Shown here piece by piece: positions 19,368 through 28,947 of a stretch of DNA of 64,000 nucleotides; position 1 is the first letter of the stretch; the number at the start of each line of letters is the position of its first letter. This DNA is from Spirochaetia bacterium (GTDB lineage: Bacteria; Spirochaetota; Spirochaetia; CADAEX01), in NCBI GenBank assembly GCA_963662265.2, contig CAXXHA010000035.1, forward strand, positions 160,001 to 224,000. Direction: 5' to 3'. The position numbers were made by a program, and so were the translations under genes. The notes beneath the pieces are model-generated. The model was not told where the DNA came from, searched no databases, and was given only the letters and a program-made list of their open reading frames with translations.

Positions 19368-20432
19368 TCAGGCAGACAGCCTGAATATAAGCTGTGTCCT
19401 GCTTTCTGCTCCTGTTTTGTTGAAGATATTCCATACATGTCTTTTTACTGTTGATTCTGCTGTCTTCAGCCTCTGTGAAATATCCCTGTTTGAGAGGCCC
19501 TGGTAGATATATTCTATAATTTCTGCTTCCCTGTTTGTTAAACTGTACCTCTGTTTTATAGTGTTGATATCAAGTACCGGTAATCCTTGTTCATTGTGTT
19601 CATACAGAGTTACTGTGTATTGCGGTTCTCCTGGCAGAAGCAATCTGTATTCCGGTGATGAGATTATCCCCATTCTTAAATTATATCTGTATTCGTCCTT
19701 ATCCAGGTATATTTCTGATTTTCCCGGAAGACTGATCTGGTTTTTGAAAAAATTGAATCTTTCTGAAAATATTCTTGAATTTATACTGTTTCCTTTTACC
19801 GGGTTTTCCGAATATTTTTCTCCGAAAAGATTACTGAATGCCTGCTTTATTTTTTTGCCGCAGGATACAACCTCCCCGTAATTATTCAGGTAGGCAATGC
19901 AGTCGCTTCCGGTTTCTGGGTATAGTGTTTTTCTGAAACTTTCTTCCAGAAATGAAGCTGCAAAGTTGAATATTTCCACATCATTTTTTGAAAATCTGCT
20001 GCTGTTAAGACCTGCTCTCGCAACTCCGAAAAAACCTGATATCCTGTTGTTTATTCTTATTGGAACATAACAGCCGTCGGAAGCCGGTCTTGTTTTCTGG
20101 GTCTCATGAATAAATTCTCTGGAATGGGGGACTTCCTTGTCAAGAAGCTCTCTGAAAACTACTGTCCTGTTTGATTCGATCATGTTTTCAAGGATAAAGT
20201 CTTTTTCGAACAGTGATTGATATACATCATTGAATTCATCAGGATTGTTTGATATCTGCAGGTTTTCCTGTATCCTGCTGTTATTGAAAACAACAGTTGC
20301 AAAATACTGAATATCCAGAAGCCTGCAAATATCCGGGGTAAGTTCTGTCAGGAATTTCCTGTCCAGTTGTTCAGAATATATTTTATTGACAATCTTTTTT
20401 ATAATATCAGACTGCCGCTTATTGATAATCAT
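19368..20432 (-). CDS. LuxR-family HTH regulator with N-terminal sensor domain
   Basis: C-terminal LTNREAEII...GLSNRDISQRL...TVKRHVWNIFNK. Confidence 0.9.
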   Translation of the reverse strand: MIINKRQSDIIKKIVNKIYSEQLDRKFLTELTPDICRLLDIQYFATVVFNNSRIQENLQISNNPDEFNDVYQSLFEKDFILENMIESNRTVVFRELLDKEVPHSREFIHETQKTRPASDGCYVPIRINNRISGFFGVARAGLNSSRFSKNDVEIFNFAASFLEESFRKTLYPETGSDCIAYLNNYGEVVSCGKKIKQAFSNLFGEKYSENPVKGNSINSRIFSERFNFFKNQISLPGKSEIYLDKDEYRYNLRMGIISSPEYRLLLPGEPQYTVTLYEHNEQGLPVLDINTIKQRYSLTNREAEIIEYIYQGLSNRDISQRLKTAESTVKRHVWNIFNKTGAESRTQLIFRLSA

Positions 20433-20470
20433 AATACCTGCCTGTTGTTCACTTTAAAAAAAATTATTCA

Positions 20471-20499
20471 ATAATGTACAACTAAAGTTGTATTGTCAA
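20471..20499 (-). promoter_or_regulatory. Sigma70 promoter of the LuxR gene with a palindromic operator in the spacer
   Basis: TTGACA-17-CATTAT on the minus strand. The spacer contains TACAACT-N2-AGTTGTA (20477-20492). Confidence 0.65.
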
Positions 20500-20730
20500 G
20501 CTTGAAAAAGAGTGTAAAAATATTAATACTTTTACTGCCCTGCAGTGAAAATTTAAATAAGAAAGTTGATTTAAAATTCTGGTAAAAATGTGATTAAAGG
20601 ATACAGGGTGTCATAAACGGCACCCTATATTTTTGCCTTTTTTAAGCTGAAGTCACAGTTTTATGGGCAGCTCTGCTTCAGTTTGTTCGATTTCTGAACA
20701 CAGTACTTTATTCTTTAATAAGACTTTAAA

Positions 20731-20759
20731 TTGACACAACTCACCAATATAAATATGAT
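20731..20759 (+). promoter_or_regulatory. Sigma70 promoter giving a leaderless transcript
   Basis: TTGACA-17-TATGAT, then 6 nt to the ATG. No SD. Confidence 0.7.
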
Positions 20760-20765
20760 CAGATT

Positions 20766-21476
20766 ATGATATTTGCACATAGAGGGGCATCCCGATACAG
20801 GCCGGAAAATACACTTGCAGCTTATGAATATGCTTATGAACTGGGTGCAGACGGAATTGAAATTGATGTACAGCTGAGCCGTGATAATGTTCCGGTTCTT
20901 TATCATGACTGGTCGTTTGACCGTATTACCGGGCATCAGGATCTTGTTACAGAGATGAATTCTTCTGATATAAAAAAACTTGATGCCGGATCTGCCTTTT
21001 CTGATGATTTTAAAGGTGAACAGGTCCCTTTTCTTGATGAAGCACTTTCTATTATTCCGGAAGGTAAGCTTGTTAATATAGAAATAAAAAAAACAGCCTT
21101 TGAAGACAGACCTCTCGAAGAGATTGTTCTTGAAACAGTGAGTAAACACAGGCTTGATGACCGTGTTATTATATCTTCCTTCAATCATTATTCTCTTAAA
21201 AAGGTGATGGATATAAATCCTGATGTGAAAAGGGCGCTTCTGTTTAATTCAATGCCTGTAGAGGTTGTGTCATATGCGGAGAAGTTTGAATGCTACAGTT
21301 TCCATCCAGCATTTGTTTATGTAAACCGGGAGGATGTCCTGTCTCTTAAAAAGTCGGGGATAAAAGTATATCCATGGGTCGTTGATATTCCTTTTTATGC
21401 TGAAAAACTGATCAGTATGGGTGTTGACGGCCTGATAACCAATATTCCGGATCTTCTGAAAAAACAGGCAGAGTAG
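20766..21476 (+). CDS. glpQ: Glycerophosphodiester phosphodiesterase
   Basis: AHRGAS...PENTLAA, GIEIDVQL, HD, NIEIK, SSF, GVDGLITN. Confidence 0.93.
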   Translation: MIFAHRGASRYRPENTLAAYEYAYELGADGIEIDVQLSRDNVPVLYHDWSFDRITGHQDLVTEMNSSDIKKLDAGSAFSDDFKGEQVPFLDEALSIIPEGKLVNIEIKKTAFEDRPLEEIVLETVSKHRLDDRVIISSFNHYSLKKVMDINPDVKRALLFNSMPVEVVSYAEKFECYSFHPAFVYVNREDVLSLKKSGIKVYPWVVDIPFYAEKLISMGVDGLITNIPDLLKKQAE

Positions 21477-21655
21477 CAGTTAATAGTTCTTTTGAATTTT
21501 CAGGATATTTCCATTTTTCTGAATAACAACTATTCTTTTCAGAGCTTTAATTCATCTGAATATTTTATGGTGATTTTTTCATCTGCAGGGGTTTTTAATA
21601 ATTCTTTTTACCGGACATATATGGAAAAAATACTGTTTGATAAATATTGTGTATA

Positions 21656-22192
21656 TCAGAATTCAATGCCTTCCCTGGCATCTGTACCTTCGCTGTAGTA
21701 ATGTTTTATTTCTTTTATTTCGCTGACAAGGTCTGCTTTTTCTGCGAGGAAGCTACTGCATCCCCTTCCTGTCAGTATAAGTTCTGAAGACAGGTTCCTG
21801 CTCTTAAAGAGTTTTTTAATCTCTTTATCTGTGATCAGTCCCAGGCTGTGGGCTGTTACTGCCTCATCAAGAATTATCAGGTCATATTCCCCTTTTCTGA
21901 CAATAGTCAGGGCTTTTTCAAATCCTTCATGTTCTTTCTCTGTTTCTTCCCTGTCAGGAGTACCTTTAATAAACCTTCCGGTACCGAATTGTTCTGCTGT
22001 GATTTTCTGTTTCCCCTCAAGTGCTTTGGAAAGAAGATTGAGAGTTTTTATTTCGCTGTAATTTCCTTTTTTGATAAACTGCCCGAGATAAACAGATTTG
22101 CCTGCGCCTATTGCCCTTAATGCCAGTCCGAGCGCTGCTGTTGTTTTTCCCTTCCCGTTGCCGGTATATATATGTATGAACCCTTTTTCCAT
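21656..22192 (-). CDS. cobO: Cob(I)yrinic acid a,c-diamide adenosyltransferase
   Basis: IHIYTGNGKGKTTAALG, QFIK, ILDE, LTGR, ADLVSE, AREGIEF. Likely start is MEKG at 22192. Confidence 0.92.
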   Translation of the reverse strand: MEKGFIHIYTGNGKGKTTAALGLALRAIGAGKSVYLGQFIKKGNYSEIKTLNLLSKALEGKQKITAEQFGTGRFIKGTPDREETEKEHEGFEKALTIVRKGEYDLIILDEAVTAHSLGLITDKEIKKLFKSRNLSSELILTGRGCSSFLAEKADLVSEIKEIKHYYSEGTDAREGIEF

Positions 22193-22454
22193 ATTTATGA
22201 TTATAACCCAGGTTATAAGCTTTGTGTCCCCTCTATTCAAGAAGTACTTCAATTCAATGAAAAACAGATTTTTACCGCGAGGTCAGTTGATCATAGCTGA
22301 TTGTAAAAATCATGACAAACAGACTGCCTAATAATGATGTTGAAAGATATATGACGGGAACAGAAAATACTCTGCCTGTTCCCATGTGTATAAAGGTGTT
22401 TGTATTTTTATATATTCTGCTAATTGATTGCCGTATTTGTAAAAAATAATAATT

Positions 22455-23378
22455 CTATTGAAGATCAGTCATTGTTTTTGATTTTATGAACTCCCTGACC
22501 TCATCAAGTTCCGGTATGGATGTCATCCCTCCCTTTTTGCAGGCAGACAGGGCTGCTGCTGCGGATGAGAATCTTAAGTTATCTTCAAGGCTCATTTTTT
22601 TCAGCAGTCCGTAGGCATATGCCCCGTGAAAAATATCTCCTGCCCCTGTTGTATCAACAGCCTTGACTTCAAAAGAAGGCATGATAATAATCTCATTATC
22701 TTTTTTGTAGATCATTCCCTTCTCTCCGATTGTAATTACTATGTTATTGGGGCACAGTTTTTCCAGCATTGAAAATGCCTTCCTGTAGTTGTTGTCTGAT
22801 TGAAGATTTTCAAGGCCTGTGAATGTGCATGCAAACTTTTCCGAACATACAAGGTGGTCCACTTTCGGTGCAAGTATTTCTGTTTCACTTCTGAAAGAAC
22901 CTGCATCAAGAACAGATTCAGCGTCCGGAAAAATCTCCATAGCTCTTTCTGATGTATCAAGTTCATAGCCGTCAAAGAGAAGTACTGCCGGGTTGTATTT
23001 TTCAAAAGTCACATTGTCCGGGTTATTTATCTGGTCCAGTTTGTTCCTGTTGATAAGTGTCCTGCTCCCGTTAAGTTTGTTGACAGTGATGATTGAAACA
23101 GCGCTCTCAACTTCAGGGTCCATGAAAAGGTTTGTTGTATCAACACCCCTCTTTCTCAGTGCTTCCTCTGCACTTTTTGAATATATATCATTGCCGGTAA
23201 GGGAAACCAGTACAGATTTTTCACCCCACTTTGCAATCAGGTATGATGCATTAGCAGCAGGCCCCCCTCCGCATTCATTGAATTCATGAGACATGTATTT
23301 CATATTTTCTTCAGGATATCCGTCTATATAGGCTGTGATATCATAGGAAGTATTACCGATGCATATAATTTCATTCAT
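22455..23378 (-). CDS. PfkB-family carbohydrate kinase
   Basis: GGGPAANA and VDTTGAGDIFHG signatures. Confidence 0.93.
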   Translation of the reverse strand: MNEIICIGNTSYDITAYIDGYPEENMKYMSHEFNECGGGPAANASYLIAKWGEKSVLVSLTGNDIYSKSAEEALRKRGVDTTNLFMDPEVESAVSIITVNKLNGSRTLINRNKLDQINNPDNVTFEKYNPAVLLFDGYELDTSERAMEIFPDAESVLDAGSFRSETEILAPKVDHLVCSEKFACTFTGLENLQSDNNYRKAFSMLEKLCPNNIVITIGEKGMIYKKDNEIIIMPSFEVKAVDTTGAGDIFHGAYAYGLLKKMSLEDNLRFSSAAAALSACKKGGMTSIPELDEVREFIKSKTMTDLQ

Positions 23379-23521
23379 TTATAAGCTCCTTTCAGAAATC
23401 TTCAGCAAATATTTGCCGTTTTAAAGCATTTTATATCAATAAAGATAAATGTTTTCGGCTGAATTATATTACGGGATAATGAGAGATAAACTAAAAAAGT
23501 TTATCAGGATCTGTTTACTGA

Positions 23522-24496
23522 CTACCCTAGCTGGTAGAAAACAGGCACAAGAATTGGCACTATCAGGGACAGCACTGCTCCGCTTGTAATTGAAAGGGGA
23601 ACAACCTTGTCTCCGCAGCTTTTTTCAATAAGCGGAAGTGTTACATCCATGCTTGTGGCCCCTGCAACACCTATGCCGATATTTGGAAAACGTGTTGTAC
23701 TGAGGAACGGTATTGAAAGAAGCGCAATAGTCTCTCTCATGATGTTTATCAAAAAACCTGCAGAACCCAGAACCGGATCTCCCATATCTGTAATTATCAC
23801 ACCTGAAAGGGAATACCAGCCGAAGCCTGATGAGAGTGCTAGTGCCTTGCCAGGGCTTATAGACAGCAGTCCTGAAACAGCGAGTCCTCCGAGCAGGGAA
23901 CCTATAATAGTTCCAGCGGGAAGCAGTATTGTATCGGGGTGAGCAAGAGCTTCCTTCAGTGTTACATTATTATGGACAAGCTGAATACCTATCATGAAAA
24001 GGAGGATGTTCAACAGCCATGATGTTATGTTTTCTCCTGTAAACTGAGGAAATGCCTTTAAAAAGAATCCTGATGCAAAACCTGCAAGAACAAGCACAAC
24101 CAGTTTTGCAGGATCTTTAAAATGTGCGATAAATGTATTTATGTAATGCTGAAGATCTTTTTTTTCAGTTTCAGCTCTGTTGTTTACTGTAAATCCAGAC
24201 TCTGTTTTTTTCCCAGAGAAAAGGTTCTGAAAGTGATATATGACTGCCAGTACAATTACAGTTCCTGCAACAGTTGCAAGAGCAAAGGTTACTGATACGA
24301 TTCCTATCTGTTTGAGCGCTCTTCCGATTTCTTCATTCCGTCCAATTCTGAATCCCATGAAAAAAAGAAGCGAGAAAAGTGATATATTTACAAGAATTTC
24401 CACTGTTTTTCCTGCCGGAACCAGTTTTAATTTTGCAACTAACATTCCTGCAAAGAGGAATAATAAAATTACTGATATAGATGTTAATGCTGCCAT
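23522..24496 (-). CDS. LysO (DUF340) family lysine exporter
   Basis: Multi-TM protein with GFGWYSLSG and GATSMDVTLP. Confidence 0.88.
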   Translation of the reverse strand: MAALTSISVILLFLFAGMLVAKLKLVPAGKTVEILVNISLFSLLFFMGFRIGRNEEIGRALKQIGIVSVTFALATVAGTVIVLAVIYHFQNLFSGKKTESGFTVNNRAETEKKDLQHYINTFIAHFKDPAKLVVLVLAGFASGFFLKAFPQFTGENITSWLLNILLFMIGIQLVHNNVTLKEALAHPDTILLPAGTIIGSLLGGLAVSGLLSISPGKALALSSGFGWYSLSGVIITDMGDPVLGSAGFLINIMRETIALLSIPFLSTTRFPNIGIGVAGATSMDVTLPLIEKSCGDKVVPLSITSGAVLSLIVPILVPVFYQLG

Positions 24497-24657
24497 ATCA
24501 GCAATCTAGCATATAATTTTTTATGCTTCAATTATACTGAGTCTTCAACTGAATCAAATAGCTGCCTCTTATATTTATTCAAGCTTGACAGATGCAGAGT
24601 GTATATTGTTTAATTATGCTGTATAATTATTCAATACAATAAAAAAGGGGATTTTAA

Positions 24658-25419
24658 ATGAAAAAATTATTAATTTTTCTGCTTGTTCTTGCTGTTGCGG
24701 GTTCTGTATGGGCTGGCGGAAAAAAAGAAAAAACTGATGATGACGGTGTTCGTGTTATCACTATAGCTTCAGATGCTACATGGCCGCCGATGGAATTTGT
24801 TAATGAGAACAAGGAAATTGTAGGGTTCAATGTTGATCTAATGAAAGCCGCAGCAGAAGCTGGCGGATATAAAGTGGAAATTCAGAATACAGCCTGGGAC
24901 GGAATTTTTGCTGGTCTTGCTAACGGAGCCTATGATGTTGTTTGTTCTTCAGTAACAATTACTGAGGAAAGAAAGAAGAGTATGGATTTTTCTATTCCTT
25001 ATGTAAATGCCGGTCAGGTGCTTGTTGTTGAGAAAAGCAATAATTCTGATAAATCTCTTGCAGATATGAAGGGTAAAGAGGTTGGTGCTCAGATCGGAAC
25101 TACAGGCGCTATAGAAATCGGCAATACTGACGGAGTAACACTTAAAACTTATGATGAAATCGGTCTTGCAATCGCAGATCTTGCAAACGGAAGAATCTCA
25201 GGTGTTGTTGCAGACGGTCCTATAGCTGCAGACTTTGTTCTTCAGAATGCTGAATATAAAGAAAGTCTCAAAATTGTAGGCGAGCCTTTTACTGAAGAAT
25301 TCTACGGTGTTGCAATTAAAAAGGGGAACCAGGAAGTTCTTGATATAATCAATGACGGACTTAAAAAGGTTCTGGAATCTGATAAAATTGAAGAGCTTAA
25401 AGATAAGTGGCTGAGATAA
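24658..25419 (+). CDS. Polar/basic amino acid ABC transporter substrate-binding protein
   Basis: ASDATWPPMEF, WDGIFAGL, TITEERK, QIGTTG. Confidence 0.93.
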   Translation: MKKLLIFLLVLAVAGSVWAGGKKEKTDDDGVRVITIASDATWPPMEFVNENKEIVGFNVDLMKAAAEAGGYKVEIQNTAWDGIFAGLANGAYDVVCSSVTITEERKKSMDFSIPYVNAGQVLVVEKSNNSDKSLADMKGKEVGAQIGTTGAIEIGNTDGVTLKTYDEIGLAIADLANGRISGVVADGPIAADFVLQNAEYKESLKIVGEPFTEEFYGVAIKKGNQEVLDIINDGLKKVLESDKIEELKDKWLR

Positions 25420-26192
25420 AAAAAACAAAAATAGAGGTTACCGACGGTACTCTTATCCCCGGGAAAGGTGAGCATTCCGTGTTTTCTGCATGGAGAATAG
25501 CCTTTTTCGGGGCTATTGCTCTGATTATTATTCTCCCGGTTGTAAAACCTGATCCCTACCTTGAAATCCTCAAGTTTATTCCTGACGGTGTTGTTGCAAC
25601 TTTCAAGGTAACAGTCCTGTCAATTCTGCTCTCTACTGCTATAGGGCTTCTTGCAGGACTTGGGCGGATTTCGAGAATTACTCTGATCAATAGAATTGCT
25701 ACTGTCTATGTCGAAGTTGTAAGGGGAATACCTCTCCTTGTGCAGCTTTTTTATATTTATTATGCTCTCGGGAAACTTGTCCAGGTGCCCCGGCTTACAT
25801 CTGCGGTTATTGCAATGGCTTTCTGCTACGGCGCATACATGGGTGAAATATTCAGGGCAGGTATTCTCTCAATTCCAAAAGGTCAGATGGAGGCATCTCT
25901 TGCACTGGGAATGAGCAGGGCTCAGGCAATGAGGAAAGTTATTCTTCCGCAGACAATAAAAGTAATACTTCCTCCTATCGGTAATGAATTTATAGCACTC
26001 CTGAAAGATTCATCTCTTGTATCTATTCTTGCAGTTTCAGACCTGTTGAGGCGGGGAAGAGAATATGCTTCAACTTCATTCATGTATTTTGAAAGTTATA
26101 CAATGGTTGCGCTGGTTTATCTTGTGATAACATTGTTTCTTTCAAGAATTGTAGCTATTATGGAAGAAAGGCTGGGACGTAATGAGAAGTAG
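25407..26192 (+). CDS. Amino acid ABC transporter permease
   Basis: [33 protein letters not shown]. Confidence 0.93.
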   Translation: MAEIKKTKIEVTDGTLIPGKGEHSVFSAWRIAFFGAIALIIILPVVKPDPYLEILKFIPDGVVATFKVTVLSILLSTAIGLLAGLGRISRITLINRIATVYVEVVRGIPLLVQLFYIYYALGKLVQVPRLTSAVIAMAFCYGAYMGEIFRAGILSIPKGQMEASLALGMSRAQAMRKVILPQTIKVILPPIGNEFIALLKDSSLVSILAVSDLLRRGREYASTSFMYFESYTMVALVYLVITLFLSRIVAIMEERLGRNEK

Positions 26193-26925
26193 TGAAAAAC
26201 CAATTGTCAGAATAAATAATGTAACCAAGAATTTCGGGACTGTTGAGGCTCTTAAAAATGTAAGCCTTGATGTTAAGACCGGGGAAGTTGTTCTTATTAT
26301 CGGGCCATCAGGCAGCGGAAAGAGTACACTTCTCAGAAGTGTTAACAAGCTTGAAAACCTGACAACAGGTGAGATATGGATTGATGATGATCTTCTTACT
26401 CATCATCAGTCGGACATAAGAAAGATCAGGGAGGAGGTTGGGATGGTTTTTCAGAACTTCAACCTGTTTTCCCATCTTACAGCACTTGAAAATATAACAC
26501 TTGCTCCAATGGTTGTTAAAAAAATAGGTAAGGCTGAAGCAGTTAAAATTGCGGAAGACCTTCTTGCAAGGGTAGGGCTTTCCGACAGGGCAGGTAATTA
26601 TCCTGATCAGCTTTCAGGCGGTCAGCAGCAGAGGGTTGCTATAGCAAGGGCTCTTGCCATGAATCCCAAGGTTATGCTTTTTGATGAGCCTACCAGCGCT
26701 CTTGACCCGGAGATGATAAAGGAAGTTCTTGATGTAATGCTTCAGCTTGCAAAAGACGGAATGACAATGCTTGTTGTTTCCCATGAAATGGGTTTTGCGA
26801 GGGCTGCTGCAGATACTGTAGTCTTCATGGATGAGGGGGAGATAATTGAAAAAGGCTCTCCCGATGATATTTTTGATAATCCTCAGGAAGAGAGAACCAA
26901 AAAGTTTCTCAAACACATCCTGTAA
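26182..26925 (+). CDS. Amino acid ABC transporter ATP-binding protein (GlnQ-like)
   Basis: [28 protein letters not shown]. Confidence 0.95.
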   Translation: MRSSEKPIVRINNVTKNFGTVEALKNVSLDVKTGEVVLIIGPSGSGKSTLLRSVNKLENLTTGEIWIDDDLLTHHQSDIRKIREEVGMVFQNFNLFSHLTALENITLAPMVVKKIGKAEAVKIAEDLLARVGLSDRAGNYPDQLSGGQQQRVAIARALAMNPKVMLFDEPTSALDPEMIKEVLDVMLQLAKDGMTMLVVSHEMGFARAAADTVVFMDEGEIIEKGSPDDIFDNPQEERTKKFLKHIL

Positions 26926-26950
26926 TACTTTAATCTGAATATTGTTTATG

Positions 26951-26980
26951 AGGCTGTCTGTAAAGGACAGCTTTTTTATT
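26951..26980 (+). terminator. Intrinsic terminator
   Basis: GCTGTC/GACAGC stem plus T-tract. Confidence 0.7.
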
Positions 26981-27343
26981 TTCTTGTTGGAAATCAGAAA
27001 TAATATTATTTTCAGGATTGATAATAATCACTGTTCTGATATAGAGTATCAGTTTAACCGGATATGAAATATCTCTTGCTGCTCCAGTGCTTTAATTATT
27101 GTATCTGAAGCAATAATAATGAATTCGGCTGTAAAATTTTTTTTATTCCTGTTCCCGTGTTATAATTAAAGGATGTAGTTCACCGGTATCTGTACACTAT
27201 CAGCAGGATCTGGTGTGTGTTACTCCGAGTGTCCATTTATTATCCCGATGTACAAGAAGGGATAACTGTACCATTGATCGCCAGTATCTGTCGCAGGTGT
27301 GGACAATAACGGGGAGCTATACAGGAAGTATTTTTTGTGAAAG

Positions 27344-28696
27344 GTGGAAGAAATGAATAAACCCCAGATGTCTGCCCACTTCAAAGGGCGAAAACCTTCG
27401 GCAATCAGAATGTCGCAGATTGAATTTTCAAAAAGAAAAGACAGTGTTAAAGCTATCAATACCGCTATTGGTAATGTAACTCTTCCTACGCATCCAGCCA
27501 TGCAGGAGAGGATGTTTAATCTTGATTCTGATGCCTCTCCGTTTAAAAACGGTGTTGTTAAATACACAGCCACAGTTGGAGAAAAAGAAGCGAATGATGC
27601 TTTTCTGAATGTAATTGCATCAAGCGGATTCAAGACAGATAAACTATATTCACAGATTACTGACGGGGGAAGCCAGGCGATGGAACTGGTTGTTCTCGGC
27701 CTCTGCGGGGAAGCCGGAACTGATGACAAGCCTCTGCTTTTAATTGATCCTGCATATACAAATTATCTTTCCATGGCAAACAGGGTTGGCCGTAAAATTG
27801 TTTCTGTGAAACGAACACTTCAGGAAAACGGAAAATTTACACTTCCCGATATTAAAGATATCGAAGAGGTTGTCATGAAACATAAGCCCGGAGCTCTTGT
27901 TGTTATCCCGTATGATAATCCTACAGGACATTTTTACAAGGAAAGTGATATGGCTTCCCTTGCCGGACTCTGTGTGAAATATAACATGTGGATGGTCAGC
28001 GATGAAGCATACAGGGAGCTTTATTATGATGGTGACAGAACGGTAAGTATCTGGGGTATTACTGATGATCTTGTTCTCGGAATAGAGGGACGGAGGATCA
28101 GTATTGAAACCACATCCAAGGTATGGAACTGCTGCGGACTTAGAATTGGGGCCCTTGTTGCAGATAATGAAGAATTTCATACTCAGGCTGTTGCTGAAAA
28201 CACTGCAAACCTATGTTCAAGCGCTATCGGGCAGTATATTTTCGGCGCTATTGCACATGAATCAAGGGAAGACCTTGTAAAATGGTATGAAAAGATAAGG
28301 TCTTACTATAAATCGATGCTGACAGACTTCTGCAATGATCTTAAATCAAGACTTCCCGGAGTCATTGTTTCGAGTCCTGATTCCTCAATTTATTCAGTTA
28401 TTGATGTAAGAAATATTGCAAAACCGGGTTTTAATGCACTTGATTTTGTACTTTACTGTGCCAGGGAGGGAAGTGTTGAGGTTGATGGTGAATATTACAC
28501 ACTTCTTGTCTCTCCGATGTCTGGGTTCTACAGTGTTGCCCCCGGAGAGAATAATCCGGGTATGACTCAGATGAGGGTCTCATATGTTCCTGTTAAAGAG
28601 GATATGAAGAAGACACCGGAGCTGTTTGAGAAGCTTTTTACAGAATACAACAGCAGGATTGAGTCTGCCGCAGGTGCTGCTGCCGAGAAAAAGTAG
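27344..28696 (+). CDS. Class I/II PLP-dependent aminotransferase
   Basis: DNPTG, SDEAY, SKVWNCCGLRIG. Confidence 0.9.
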   Translation: MEEMNKPQMSAHFKGRKPSAIRMSQIEFSKRKDSVKAINTAIGNVTLPTHPAMQERMFNLDSDASPFKNGVVKYTATVGEKEANDAFLNVIASSGFKTDKLYSQITDGGSQAMELVVLGLCGEAGTDDKPLLLIDPAYTNYLSMANRVGRKIVSVKRTLQENGKFTLPDIKDIEEVVMKHKPGALVVIPYDNPTGHFYKESDMASLAGLCVKYNMWMVSDEAYRELYYDGDRTVSIWGITDDLVLGIEGRRISIETTSKVWNCCGLRIGALVADNEEFHTQAVAENTANLCSSAIGQYIFGAIAHESREDLVKWYEKIRSYYKSMLTDFCNDLKSRLPGVIVSSPDSSIYSVIDVRNIAKPGFNALDFVLYCAREGSVEVDGEYYTLLVSPMSGFYSVAPGENNPGMTQMRVSYVPVKEDMKKTPELFEKLFTEYNSRIESAAGAAAEKK

Positions 28697-28889
28697 GTCA
28701 GTCCAGAATTAAGTAAATGCAGTATTTTTCTGACTATCAGGGGAATGCTGCTTTTTTTATGGCTGAAAAATATTACAGGGATGATGTGCCTGGAAATGGT
28801 AAATTATAAAGGCATTCATAGCTGTCTTTTCTCGGTTTTTCTGAAAAGGTATTGTGCTTTTCTGTATCGCTTGATGCTTCTGATGAAAT

Positions 28890-28921
28890 AAAAAAACCCG
28901 GAAAGCATCTGCTTTACCGGG
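28890..28921 (-). terminator. aspS terminator
   Basis: CCCGG.AAAGC/GCTTT.CCGGG stem with a U-tract on the minus strand. Confidence 0.7.
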
Positions 28922-28947
28922 CCTGGTATATATGCTGGTGACAGCTT

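Noticed and set aside
22193-22454. Cobalamin riboswitch upstream of cobO
   Set aside because: No B12-box. The GGGAACAG/CTGTTCCC hairpin fits a pfkB terminator.
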